64,000 nucleotides of DNA from Octopus sinensis (lineage: Eukaryota), in the NCBI RefSeq assembly GCF_006345805.1, contig NC_043011.1, forward strand, positions 63,376,464 through 63,440,463, read 5' to 3'. This document shows, piece after piece, positions 51,831 through 64,000 of the stretch. Each line of letters starts with the position of its first letter. The stretch's first letter is position 1. The notes beneath the pieces were generated by a model, which saw only the letters and a list, made by a program, of their open reading frames with translations, was not told the origin of the DNA and did no database searches. Position numbers and translations under genes: made by a program.

Positions 51831-51879
51831 ATTATTATAATTATTATTATTGTTATATTATTATTATTTTTTTTTATTA

Positions 51880-53920
51880 TTCAGTAGTTTTTTCTTATAG
51901 TGTGCTTTCACTTTACTACCGAGCGCAGCTGTCTGTGCCTTGGGTATGTGCTGTGATTTGTTGTGATGCTCTGATGGTTATTGCACGGAAAGCGTTCTGC
52001 GTAGGATGTGTGCCGTGCGAAGTAGTGCAATTTTCTGTATGTTATATGTGTTTGTAAGTCCTCGTGTTTTTGTTATTTAATTGTCTTGATATTTTTTATC
52101 ATGCCTAATGCACCTACTATGATAGGGATTGTTTCAGTTTTTAGTTTCCACATTCGGTTAACTCCATTTCCAGGTCATTGTATTTTAAAAGTTTTTCCAT
52201 TTCTTTTAGAGACACGTTGTCATCTGCCGGTTTTGATACATGAATTAGAAAGCATTTTTTTTTCTTCGTGATCTCTGACAACTATATCTGGTCTGTTGGC
52301 CTTAATTTCTCTATCTGTTTGTATCGGCATATCCCAGAGTATGGTTGCTTTCTCGTTTTCTGTGATCTTTTCTGGTGTGTGCCTATACCATCTTTTTCTG
52401 TTATTCCATAATGTTGGCATAGCTTCCAATGTATGTAGGTTCTAACACTGTCATGTCTGTGAATATATTCCTTCTTAGACAGGACTGGGCAGCCAGAGAT
52501 AATATGATTTATTGTTTCTTGTCCATCTCCACATATTCTGCAGCTACTTGTAATATTTCTTTTCATTACATGTTTTTGGTAATTTCTGGTGGGGAGACTT
52601 TGGTCTTGTGCTGTAATTAAAAATCCCTCCGTTTCTGCTTTGAGTCCTGAGCTTCTCAACCATTGCTGGGATTTTTCTTTGTCTATTTCTTTTGCGTTTA
52701 ATTTAGTCCAGTATTTACCATGAAGGGGCTTTACTTGCCATCGTTTTATCATGTTTCGTTGCTTTTCTAGCTTTAGTTTGGATTTCATTTGTTTTAAAGC
52801 TTTTGTTGTTTCATCATCATCATCTTCTTCTTCTTCTTCTTCTTCTTCTTCTTCTTCTTCGTCATATTTGTTAGGTTGTATGATTTCTTGTTTGTATTTT
52901 TCAGCTTCCTTAAATACTGAGAACAATTTTTTTGTTTTGCTCGTGTTTTGCCGCTATTTGTATCAGTTTTCCTTCCTTCTGAAGTAGATATTTTTGTAGT
53001 CCTATGGTGGTTATTTTATAGTAGTTTTCCAGCTGTATAAGGCCTCTACCACCTTCTATACGTTGTATATATAGTCTTTCTACGTCAGATTTTGTGATGC
53101 ATCCTATATACTGTCATTATTTTTCTTGTTTTCCAATCTATTATGGTCAGTTCATTTTGTGTCCAGTTAAGGATATTGTAGCTGTAATTTATAACTGTTA
53201 CAGCTAAAGTATTAATACCTATTATCTTGTTTTTAGCATTGATCTCTGTTTTCAGTATTGATCTAACTCGCCTATAATATTCTTTTTTATTTTCTCTTTC
53301 ATGTGTGTGTGTTGTGGCTTATCTAGTTCATGGATTTCTAAGTATTTGTAAGTTTGGCTTTGGTCTAATTCTATTATTTCATTGGTTTTATCTAGTGTGA
53401 TGTTGCTACTCTTAACTAGTTTTCCTCTTTTCATGGTTACTTCGGAACATTCTTCTAATCCAGTTTTCTGGTTTTGCTGTCTCATTCGATTTGGGAATTA
53501 AAATGTTTTTTCCCTTCGTGAGCCATTTAGGCATTGTCTATGGTACTGCCCGTCTGTTGTTAAAGCTTTCAGCCAGCCTTTATGTGTATTCCTGGTAGAT
53601 ATTTCAAGCAGAAGTTGGGGATCTTGTCATGCCAAGGTGCCTTCCATTTGCTTAGTCCTTGCAGTGTCTGGGTGACCTCTTCAGTTGTTATGTGGTCCAA
53701 AGTTGCCTAGATGCTATGTTTGTTGTTTTAATATTTTTTTTTTTGGTTGTTCATTCGCTAACCATATTCCTTTCCAGAATTCTTCCGCTTCTTCTGTCGT
53801 GATGTATATTTTATTCTTCCTAATTTCGTGGAAGAACTTTTTGGATTTGGAGTTGAACTGTTTGTTTTGTTCAAAGAAACGTTGGAGTTTCTCATACCGG
53901 TGGATACTTTGTGCTTTATT
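51880..53920 (-). mobile_element. R4 family B, deleted and decayed, with internal (TTC)n
   Basis: WLRSSGLKAETEGFL...CRICGDGQETINHIISGC, RLE region, 3' UTR. Confidence 0.85.
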
Positions 53921-53946
53921 ATCATTATTATTATTATTATTATAAA

Positions 53947-53986
<40 letters not shown>

Positions 53987-54026
53987 ATTATTTTTATCAT
54001 CATCATAATCATCGTCATCATCATCG

Positions 54027-54060
<34 letters not shown>

Positions 54061-54100
54061 TATTATTATTGTAATAATAATAATAATTATTATTATTATT

Positions 54101-54557
54101 GTCATTTACTTTTAAGTTGCATGTTTGATGCAATCAGTTGCCGGGACCCACCCAGCGCCCTAGGCAAGTGAATGTTAAGAGTTTTTGAAATATAGCCGAA
54201 AGCTTGGGGAGGGGAAGTAGAGAAATGTCCCCATGTAATACAACACAAACATCTTCATTGATAGGGTTTTTCTAAGGATGTGGGCAGTACATGATATCAC
54301 AATCTTATGGATTTCCTTCAGGCATGGTTCTCCAAGGATATTGTCTAGGTGTTTCTGACATCCCTTTTTAATCATACATAGGGCACCTACAATAACAGGA
54401 ACAGGTTTTGTTTTAAGATTCCACAACATTTGTATTTCGATTTCCAGGTCCCTATATTTACTAAGTTTGTCAAATTCATTAACAGATATATTTTTATCAG
54501 TGGGGACGCTTACATCTTTTAGTCTGCAGGTATTTTCGTCCCTGTCTTTAACAATTA
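54101..54557 (-). mobile_element. R4 family C 3' fragment
   Basis: DVSVPTDKNISVNEFDKLSKYRDLEIEI; 3' UTR as at 15921. Confidence 0.88.
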
Positions 54558-54581
54558 TCATTATTATTATTATTATTATTA

Positions 54582-55691
54582 TTGAGTGAGAGAGCAGTTC
54601 ATGCCATCAAAGTGACACTGGGGTAAAATATACGAAGCCCAATATACCCATCATGACTACCCGTCTGATAAAGTTACACCAGGCACATGCATCACAACAA
54701 TATGTGCGCGACATGGTGATCTCATATCAAGATAAACAGCACATGACCTTGCAGATGGGGCCCAGTTAGAATTTTCTTCAGGTTGAGTAGCCCATCCCGC
54801 TCAAACGGTCCCTGAATAAGGGTTGTTTAAGGATGTTGAAAGAACCACCCATGTTTCCAGAGGTGAACTATTCAAACCCCAAAGAATCCCTCTCAACACA
54901 TGGATATGATGCTCCCCCACTACTTCTGATCGTGATCAGAGATGCACATATCGTCAGCCACTAAGGGACATGCTCAACTGGTTAAGGACAATCAACTGAC
55001 AAGCAAATCTGTGGTAATTAGCAGAATATTTGCTGTAGCACATCTTTTATACCAAGACAAAACAATGTACATGATAACACTTCCAATCAGTTAAGATCAG
55101 AAGCCATTATTATTATTATTATTATTATTGTTGAGTGAGAGAGCAGTGCATGCCATCAAAGTGACACTGGGGTAAAATATACGAAGCCCAGTATACCCAT
55201 CATGAATACCCGTCTAATAAAGGGTACACCAGGCACATGCATAACAACCATATGTGCGCGACATTGTGATCTCATGTCAAGGTAAACAGCACATGACCTT
55301 GCAGGTGGGGCCCAGTTAGAATTTTCTTCAGGTTGAGTAGCCCATCCCGCTCAAAAGGTCCCTGAATAAGGGTTGTTTAAGGATGTTGAAAGAACCACCC
55401 ATGTTTCCAGAGGTGAACTATTCAAACCCCAAAGAATCCCTCTCAACACATGGCTATGATGCTCCCCCACTACTTCTGCTCGTGATCAGAGATGCACATA
55501 TTGTCAGCCACGAAGGGACATGCTCAACTGGTTAAGGTCAAACAACTGACAAGCAAATCTGTGGTATTGAGCAGAATATTTGCTGTAGCCCATCTTTTAT
55601 ACCAAGACAAAACAATGTACATGATAACACTTCCAATCAGTTAAGATCAGAAGCCATGAGAGCCACTGCCTGGTACTGCATCAGGGCATTT
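54582..55691 (-). mobile_element. Two head-to-tail TAA-tailed retroposon copies (54582-55106, 55131-55691)
   Basis: Near-identical to each other and to 33900-34459. Confidence 0.88.
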
Positions 55692-55699
55692 ATTATTAA

Positions 55700-55787
<88 letters not shown>

Positions 55788-55799
55788 TTTATCATCATC

Positions 55800-55880
<81 letters not shown>

Positions 55881-55931
55881 ATTATTATTATTGTTATTAT
55901 TATCATCATCAACATCATTATTACTATTATT

Positions 55932-55962
<31 letters not shown>

Positions 55963-55965
55963 TTT

Positions 55966-56160
55966 TAAGTAGTTTTATTTTTATAGTATGCTTTCACTTC
56001 ACTACCGAGCGCTGCTCTGTGTGCCTTGGGTATGTGCTGTGTTTGTTGTGATGCTCTGATGGTTAATGTATGGAAAGTGTCTTGCGTAGGATGTGTGCAG
56101 TGCCTAGTAGTGCAATTTTCTGTATGTTATATGTGTTTGTAAGTCCTTGTGTATTTGTGA
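55966..56160 (-). mobile_element. R4 family B 3' tail
   Basis: Matches the family B 3' UTR. Confidence 0.8.
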
Positions 56161-56191
56161 AATATTTGTCTTATTGTTATTATTATTATTA

Positions 56192-59100
56192 CTTTTTTTT
56201 CTTCTTTCAAATTTGCTTCCATTTCTTGCCGGGTGTCTTCCCGTCTCCTAGGGCAAAGAAACTCATAGTATCCATTGGTAGGCCATTAAACCAAACTCAA
56301 TTGTTCGTTTTTTTTTTTTTAAGTTAAGTTAAAATACATGAGCAGCAACAGTTCTCACATCGACAATGCTCTTCTCAATACGTGTGATGTACCAGTTAAG
56401 ACAATCTTTTGCACTTCTTGCAGGGATGGTAAGCCAGGGATCATTCTCATATAATTTTCGGTTCCCTTCTTGATCGTTCCTAGTGCTCCTACGATCACTG
56501 GTATTGTAACCGCCTTGAGATGCCACATTTTCTCAACTTCAATGAGTAGGTCTGTATATTTTCTGAGCTTGTCAAACTCTTTCGCTGAGACATTATGATC
56601 GCAGGGGATGCTCATGTCGATCAATAAGCAAACTTTATTGTTTTGGTCTTCCACAACAATGTCTGGTTTATTGGCCTTGATGGTTCGGTCTGTATGTATT
56701 GGAAAGTCCCGCAGAATGGTTACATTTTCTCCTTCAGTTACAGCCTCAGGGTGGTGATTATACCACTTGTCGGCAGTTTTGATATTGTAATGCCGACTTA
56801 TTAGCCAGTGGAGATATTGGCCAACTCTGTCATGTCTTAATTTATTCTCCACTGGAGCTAAGACTTTACATCCAGAGATTAGGTGGTCCACTGTTTCAAT
56901 CATGTCGTTGCAGAATCGGCATTTTGGGTCTGCTCCATTTTTCATCACATTGGCCTGGTAGTTCCGGGTGAGTAGGCTTTGATCTTGAGCAGCCAGGATG
57001 AAACCTTCGCTCTCTGCTTTTAGCCCTGAGCTCCGTAGCCACTGATGTGTTTGCTTCTGGTCAACATCAGCTTGTTTGCTGCGGGTCATATATTTGCCGT
57101 GCAGAGGTTTCTCCTGCCACCTATCAGCCAATTGCTCGTGCGCTTTTTTCGTTGCCATTATTTTCACTTTCTTTGCAACAATAATTGCCGTACTTCCCTC
57201 GGGTTGTTCAGTTTGGGTATCCTGCACAAGATCAATAGCAAATTTTTTGCTTTCCTTTATGATAGAATGAAGCTTCTTTCGTCTCTCGTGATTTTCCACG
57301 AGCTTTAGCATCCAGTCATTCGTTATTTCAAGATATTTGGCCAGTCCAATTGTGGTTGTTTTGTAAGCTAGTTCAACTCAGCAGCTTGCGTATTTTCCTA
57401 TCTATATTTTTTACTTCACTCATATTCCAGTTCAACACATTGTAGCTATAAGTAACAACTGGAACTGCTTAGGGATTTATAGCTAACACCTTGTTACGTG
57501 CATTTAGTTCAGATTTCAGGACTGCACGAACTCTCCTATAACATTCCTTCCTGATCTTCTCTTTCATGCTTGCATGCTGAATACCAGAGCCTTCATTTAT
57601 CCCTAAATATTTCTATGTTTGTTCTTGCTCAAGCTCTCTTATGACTGTGTCAACATCTAACACGACTGAATCTGTGGTCTTCACTTTCCCTTTCTGGAAA
57701 GTGTCCTTGGCACACTTCTCAAGTCCAAACTCCATCCCGATGTCATCGCTGAATGCTTTCACAGTGCGCAATATGCCTTCAAGTTCATTATTGTCTTTAC
57801 CATAAAGTTTTAGGTCATCCATATAAAATAGATGGCTTATTTTTTTATTGGCAATTTTATACCCTTACCCTGTTCTGTTTAATTCACTTGTAAGGGGTAT
57901 TAGGGCTATGCAGAATATTAAAGGTGAAAGTGAGTCACCTTGAAAAATTCCACAGTTGATGTTTATATTTTCTGAGGCAAGTACTCCATTAGAGTGGTAT
58001 AACTGGAGATTCGTATTCCACAACGACATATTGTGCTTCATGAAGTTTGAAATCACAGGGGAAATTTTGAAGATGTCCAGCGATCTCAAGATCCATGGAT
58101 GCGGTATACTTCGAAAGCATTTTTATAGTCAATCCATGCGGTGCTGAGATATCTGCGCTTGTTGTGACAGTTCTTAAGGATCATACGATTGATTAGCAGT
58201 TGATCTTTGCTTCCGTAAGTGATTCGGCGGCACACTTTTTGTTCAATGGGGAAAATATCGTTCTTCTCCATGAATGCATATGTTTTCTCCGCCAGGATAG
58301 ATGTTAGGATTTTATACGTGGTGGATAAACAGGTTATAGGCCGATAGTTTTTTGGAAGGTTGGTTTCGTTATTCTTTGGGAGTAGGTAAGTAATGCCTCT
58401 TGCTAACCAGTCAGGTGTTTTCTTTGGGTCTCTCATAATTCCATTGAGCAGCTGAACTAGCTTACCGTGTGCGCATGGGAGCGATGCGAGCCAGAAATTC
58501 GGCACCCTATCTTTACCGGGGGATTTCCAATTATGGGCCTTCGTGAGTGCCTTTCTTAGGTCTGCTATTGTGATGTCTTCCCATGCTTGTTGTTGTAAAT
58601 TTTGGTAGGGTCCTTCAGTTTGTATAATCCAGTCTGCATTTATGTTGTACGTCCTCTTATCACTCCAAATACTTATCCAAAAGTTTTGAACTTCTTCCAT
58701 GGGAGGGGGCTCTTCAACGGTTACTTTCTCCTTCCCTAATTCTCAGTAGAATTTTTGGGCATTGGATGTGAACAGATTATTTTGCTTGTAAAACTTGTTT
58801 CTCTTCTCAAATCTTCGTATTCTTTGGGCTTTTGCTTGGACTTTTTGTTTCAGCGTTTCTTTCATTGATATCAGTTCTTCTCTTGGTGAGGATCCAAATT
58901 TTCTCTTCATCTTTCTTCCTGTTCTGGATCTTACATCATTTCCATATATTAGTTCATTTAATATTGATATTTCCCCTCTCATAAATTCAATCTCTTTTTC
59001 AATTTTACATCTCCAGGTTTGATTTGTTCCCAGGTTTGGTTTTCTTTGTTTTTTCGGGGGCATACAGCTGGTTCAATTGCCCTAGCAGAAGCGTAAATAA

Positions 59101-60030
59101 TTTCATTTAACTCAGTAAAATCAGGTTTTAATTCTCGTATTATTTCATTTGTTATATAGTTGCCAATTTCGATTTGTTTTTTATTTTGGTTTGTATTTGA
59201 GAGTTTATGAAGTGGTTCTCTATCATTCATACTTGTATGTCTTACAACTTCAAGCGTATTCAGGATTTCTGCCTGATTTCTGCCATAGACTCTCTGTGTT
59301 CTTCAGCAAATGCGAGATCTTCAGTTACTGTTGTTTTTTCGTTTTCCTGGCTATCTTTAACAGGTACAATAGAATGTCTTGTATCTTCAGGCCTTTGCGT
59401 ACTTTGGTCAGATGGCAGTCTTTCAATTAAGCCTCGTGTCGGGCTATACTGTTCATCTGATTCTTCATTTCCTTTGTGTCTTATATTTATGTCATTTTCC
59501 GTTGCGTGCTTGATCGCACTTATTTCACTGTCTGTGAGTCTGTTATTTCTAAGGATATCCCTCCTCACATTTGCTAATTTGTTCTCGTCCAAATAGGGCC
59601 TACTGTCTTGATTCCGTGTTCTCCATATACTGTAAGAGTTTGCTGTGTGTCTCTCTTGAGATGGCCTACCTAATGCATAGTAGTAAGCGTATATTACTTC
59701 TTTATACTCTTCTCGGGTCCATTTGTTCCGCTTACATATTTCTTTCTGTGGTGGTTGTGGTGGTGAACTTGGAGGGCTCGAGTTGGGGGATTTCCCGTTC
59801 AAGTGACCATCCGTGTCCGTATTCGGAGAAGAGTTTGTGCCAGTCGATGACTTTTCGATCCCAGGCTGGCTCTTCCCTGGGGGACGCGCTTCCAGATTAA
59901 CCATAGGACAAGCGATTTGGTATACTGATTTAGTTTTCCTTTTAGCTTCCAAAAACATTTTGGTGCTACGATAATATTATCATTTTTTAGCTTTGATTCG
60001 CTCGTGGGGAGACGGCCATCATTGCCTTTA
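56192..60030 (-). mobile_element. Near full-length R4/Dong-like LINE family A, multiply frameshifted
   Basis: N-terminus from 59958 (RNKWTREEYKEV...KLANVRRDIL), RT (NYRPITCL, GIFQGDS, MDDLK), CCHC, RLE, 3' UTR; 5' end approximate. Confidence 0.92.
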
Positions 60031-60804
60031 CAATTATAATCGTACCATTATAGCAGCCGTAGTCGGCTTATTATTGTTATTATCATCACCATTATTATCA
60101 CTATCATCTTTATCACCACCATTACCATCATCATTATCATCATCCCCATCACCATCACCACCATCATCATCAATGATATTGTTTTATGCGTAGTCACAGC
60201 AGTATCTTATTATTGTTATTTTTGTTTTTTTATCCTTATCAAAATCACAGTAGTGTCTGTCTGTCTCGTTGGCTGGCTGACTGTCTTCAATGCCAGAGTT
60301 CTTGCCTGTCAAATAATAGTTTCATATTTGGTTAACAATAGAGGTGAGGTTTGTGTTGGTTGAACTCTTTGAGTGTGTGTGTGTGTAGATAGATAGATTA
60401 TCAGCACTATTACTATCATTATTATCATCATCACCATCATCACCATCACCACCAGTGATATTTTTTTTTCTTTTTTAGGTGGGTCAAAAATAGTTCAGAT
60501 GTTTACTACTATTAGCCTTAAGAAAAATTAAGGAAGGGCTGTTCTGTATTGTTTGTGAATAGAGAAGTTGTGTTCAACCAGGGAGAATCTTAGCATCATA
60601 CTTTTTTATTTTTTCCATGTGCGTTTGTGTTATTGCAATAAAAAGTGTTTGTATATTTCGTGTAAGGTAATATTGTGGAGGTTGAAGTTGAATTTTCTAG
60701 AGATGTTTGAATGTCCAGTTAGAAAAACAGGTATGTTTTTGCAATAAAAAGTATATGTTTACATTTATATTTGAATATTCTGGGAGGAAGCAAAGAAAAG
60801 TCAG

Positions 60805-60854
<50 letters not shown>

Positions 60855-60862
60855 CATTATTA

Positions 60863-61904
60863 CTTTTTTTTCTTCTTTCAAATTTGCTTCCATTTCTTGC
60901 CGAGTGTCTTCCCGACTCCCAGGGCAAAGAAACTCATAGTGTATATTGGTAGGCCATTAAACCAAACTCAGTAGTTCGTTCGTTTTTTTTTTTTTTTTAA
61001 AGTTAATTTAAAATACATGAGCAGCAACAGTTCTCACATCGACAATGCTCTTCTCAATACGTGTGATGTACCAGTTAAGACAATCTTTTGCACTTCTTGC
61101 AGGGATGGTAAGCCAGGGATCATTCTCATATAATTTTCGGTTCCCATCTTGATCATTCCTAGTGCTCCTACGATCACTGGTATTGTAACCGCCTTGAGAT
61201 GCCATATTTTCTCAATTTCAATAAGTAGGTCTTTATATTTTCTGAGCTTGTCAAACTCTTTCGCTGAGATATTATGATCACAGGGGATGCTCATGTCGAT
61301 CAATAAGCAAACTTTATTGTTTTGGTCTTTCACAACAATATCTGGTTTATTGGCCTTTGATGGTTCGGTCTGTATGTACTGGAAAGTCCCACAGAATGGT
61401 TATATTTTCTCCTTCAGTTACAGCCTCAGGGTGGTGATTATACCACTTGTCGGCAGTTTTGATATTGTAATGGCGACTTATTAGCCAGTGTAGATATTGG
61501 CCAACTCTGTCATGTCTTAATTTATACTCCACTGGTGCTAAGACTTTACATCCAGAGATTAGGTGGTCCACTGTTTCAATCATGTCGTTGCAGAATCGGC
61601 ATTTTGGGTCTGCTCCATTTTTCATCACATTGGCCTGGTAGTTCCGGGTTAATAGGCTTTGGTCTTGAGCAGCCAGGATGAAACCTTCGCTCTCTGCTTT
61701 TAGCCCTGAGCTCCGCAGGCACTGATGGGTTTGCTTCTGGTCAACATCAGCTTGTTTGCTGCGGGTCACATATTTGCCGTGCAGGGGTTTCTCCTCCCAC
61801 CTATCAGCCAATTGCTCGTGCGCTTGTTTCATTGCCATCATTTTCACCTTCTTTGCAACAATAGTTGCCGTACTTCCCTCGGGTTGTTCAGTTTGGGTAT
61901 CAGT

Positions 61905-61906
<2 letters not shown>
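60863..61906 (-). mobile_element. R4 family A 3' fragment
   Basis: High identity to 18077 and 56192. Confidence 0.9.
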
Positions 61907-61977
<71 letters not shown>

Positions 61978-62129
61978 CGTTATTATTATTACTATTATTA
62001 TTATTAATACCGGTTCCCATATGCTACTCATATCGGCAGTCTGTCTCGTTAGAAGTTTGTTGTGTCCTATCATATGTGCTGCTTCATTTAGATTTCCGAT
62101 TTTCCAGTGGTGTTCTCTATTATTTTAAC

Positions 62130-63330
62130 TTATTTCCACAGGGGGAGGTCTTGTAATCAGTCTTATAATAATTCTGCTTGTCCTTACGTCGTTAATGCTT
62201 TCACGTGATTGGATAGAACAGGGTGAGAGAAGAGTCCATGACGTGAGGAAAGGAGAAGGTAATTCTAACGCCTTCACGTGATTAGTTGAAGAGAAAGCAA
62301 AACAAAAAAATAAAGTAACTGATAAAGGAAAGCGAAGAAAAGGACAAGACGAAGCGGGAGGTAGGAGGAAAGAGAAAGAGAAAGACGGAGTGAGAAAAGA
62401 CAAGCGCCAATGACATCTTGTAGGCGGCACCTAACTTCTGGCTCCAGAAAGAATGTCCGTCTTACGAGATCCAAGCCTTTCCGAAATAACAGACTGACAC
62501 CGCTTCCATATCTTGGAGATACGTACACCTTGTCATTGCTGAAAATGAGTGCGAAGAGTGGTACCTCCCAAATTCCGCACTTGTTGATGGCTAGCACATC
62601 TATGTGCAACGGCGTGAGGTCGTTGTCGAGGTGGCCCTGCTTCCAGAACTATAAAGCAGTCCATGTACACTTATACAGTCTATTCTGAGTGAAGCCATGT
62701 TGAATAAAGTGTCTCAAAACTGGGAAAGATCTCTTAACTTCGGCTTTTCGAAGAGAAGTGGTTGCTCCATTATTCTGTCAATTCCTTGTGTCAAAATCCT
62801 TGTGTCAAGTGCTGGGTGCTTTCCTGAGAATATAATCTCTATGATAGAATCCCTCGGCAGAGCCGCTTGCCTCGGGGAATTTCTATTTTTAACATGTGTA
62901 TATATTTTGGTTTATGCCTATAGTAGAGTAAATGTTTTGTTTTGAAAGTTTATTTCTCTATAATGCATGAAATTTGTGTTTTTGATGCATTTTGCTTTTT
63001 TTGTTTTTGCAGACGGATTTTCGGATGTGTTTGTCATGTAGTCTCTTATGATGTTGACGCAGATTATAGAGATGATCATGGAGGTGTTGCTGTAGCTGTT
63101 GTTGTTTGTTGGTGGTGGTGGTGTTGATGATGGTGGATTGGATATTACAGTGGAGATTGTTATTCATGCTAGTGTTTTGTGTGTTATGCTTCAGTGCAGG
63201 GCTTTAGAGTTGCCGTTGTGGACGAGATGGTTGATATTTCTTTCTGTTTTTCTTTACTATCTACAATTTTGCACTCACTTACATTGCAACATTTCGCATC
63301 CGTGTGTCCCAAGTAGCTGAGGGGTATGTC
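62130..63330 (-). mobile_element. L1/Tx1 ORF1-end/endonuclease fragment upstream of P5
   Basis: HIDVLAINKCGIWEV...GSGVSLLFRKG. Confidence 0.6.
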
Positions 63331-63368
63331 CTCTACATGTAAACTTGTTACGTTTGTTTGAAAATTGA

Positions 63369-63415
<47 letters not shown>

Positions 63416-63477
63416 TAATAATAATGATAATAATAGTAATAATAATAATAGTTGTTACGGGGATTGAATTCTTCATT

Positions 63478-63959
63478 TAAACTATTATAATTTTGATCGA
63501 CAGGAGATTTGGTGCTTTAGAGTATATGGTTGAAGAGACAATAGATACAGTAGAAGACTTAAAAGGTAAGTACTGAGGTAGATTTGTTCAATAAAGCCTT
63601 CAATACTGCGCCCCTATAATATCAAACACGAATGAAAAAAAAAGGGATAAACATTCCACAAAGGAATAATGATACCGTTTATTGACTATAGGTTATATTA
63701 TTTTCTAAAGAGAGAAATGAATATTCAACTCTAAGTTTTTATTTATGTATCCACGAATAAGTCGATATTCGGCAATTAAATATTCAGATGAAAGAACTAC
63801 TGTCGCTTTGTAATTTATTTTGCCAGTCTTGATTGAATTGCGCAGTTTTGTTCTACCGTTGCCTGGCACATGTTACACTATATGTCATCACAGGTGTCAA
63901 TATAAAATTGTTGACTGCCAAAGCTCCATTTGTTTATTATAACACACAAAAGAAAAGTC
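63478..63959 (+). promoter_or_regulatory. Conserved upstream block of P5
   Basis: TATAAAA at 63901, 59 nt before ATG; reverse complement of the other three blocks. Confidence 0.7.
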
Positions 63960-63996
63960 ATGAAAATTTTATTACTCCTTGGCCTTCTCCTTGCAA
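63960..63996 (+). CDS. P5 exon 1 (signal peptide MKILLLLGLLLA); gene continues beyond the window
   Basis: ATG at 63960, 37 nt, A|GTAA donor at the window end. Confidence 0.78.
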
Positions 63997-64000
63997 GTAA

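Overview
AT-rich eukaryotic DNA packed with microsatellites and retroelements; the SINE and repeat families resemble those I recall from octopus (inference). The ORF track misses the main signal: a tandem cluster of small spliced genes for secreted, cationic proteins with six cysteines. Four 37-nt signal-peptide exons (2260-2296, 21373-21409, 45072-45108 on -, 63960-63996 on +) each sit behind a conserved ~500-bp promoter block. Two complete models can be spliced with matching exon phases: P2 (21409->~4765) and P3 (45108->30708). Both have the framework C-x7-C-x16-C-x8-C-x7-C-x11-C. Their coding exons are far more diverged than their flanking introns. An inverted relic lacking most of exon 2 lies at ~49.4-49.8 kb. 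The rest is mostly TEs: many R4/Dong-type RLE LINEs chained in (TAA)n tracts, a ~560-bp TAA-tailed retroposon, tRNA-derived SINEs, L1/Tx1 fragments, a Tc1 relic, and several Penelope-like elements. One Penelope-like element has 514-bp inverted terminal repeats carrying a hammerhead ribozyme motif; another has a precise 5' inversion. All splicing, alignment and folding was done by eye.
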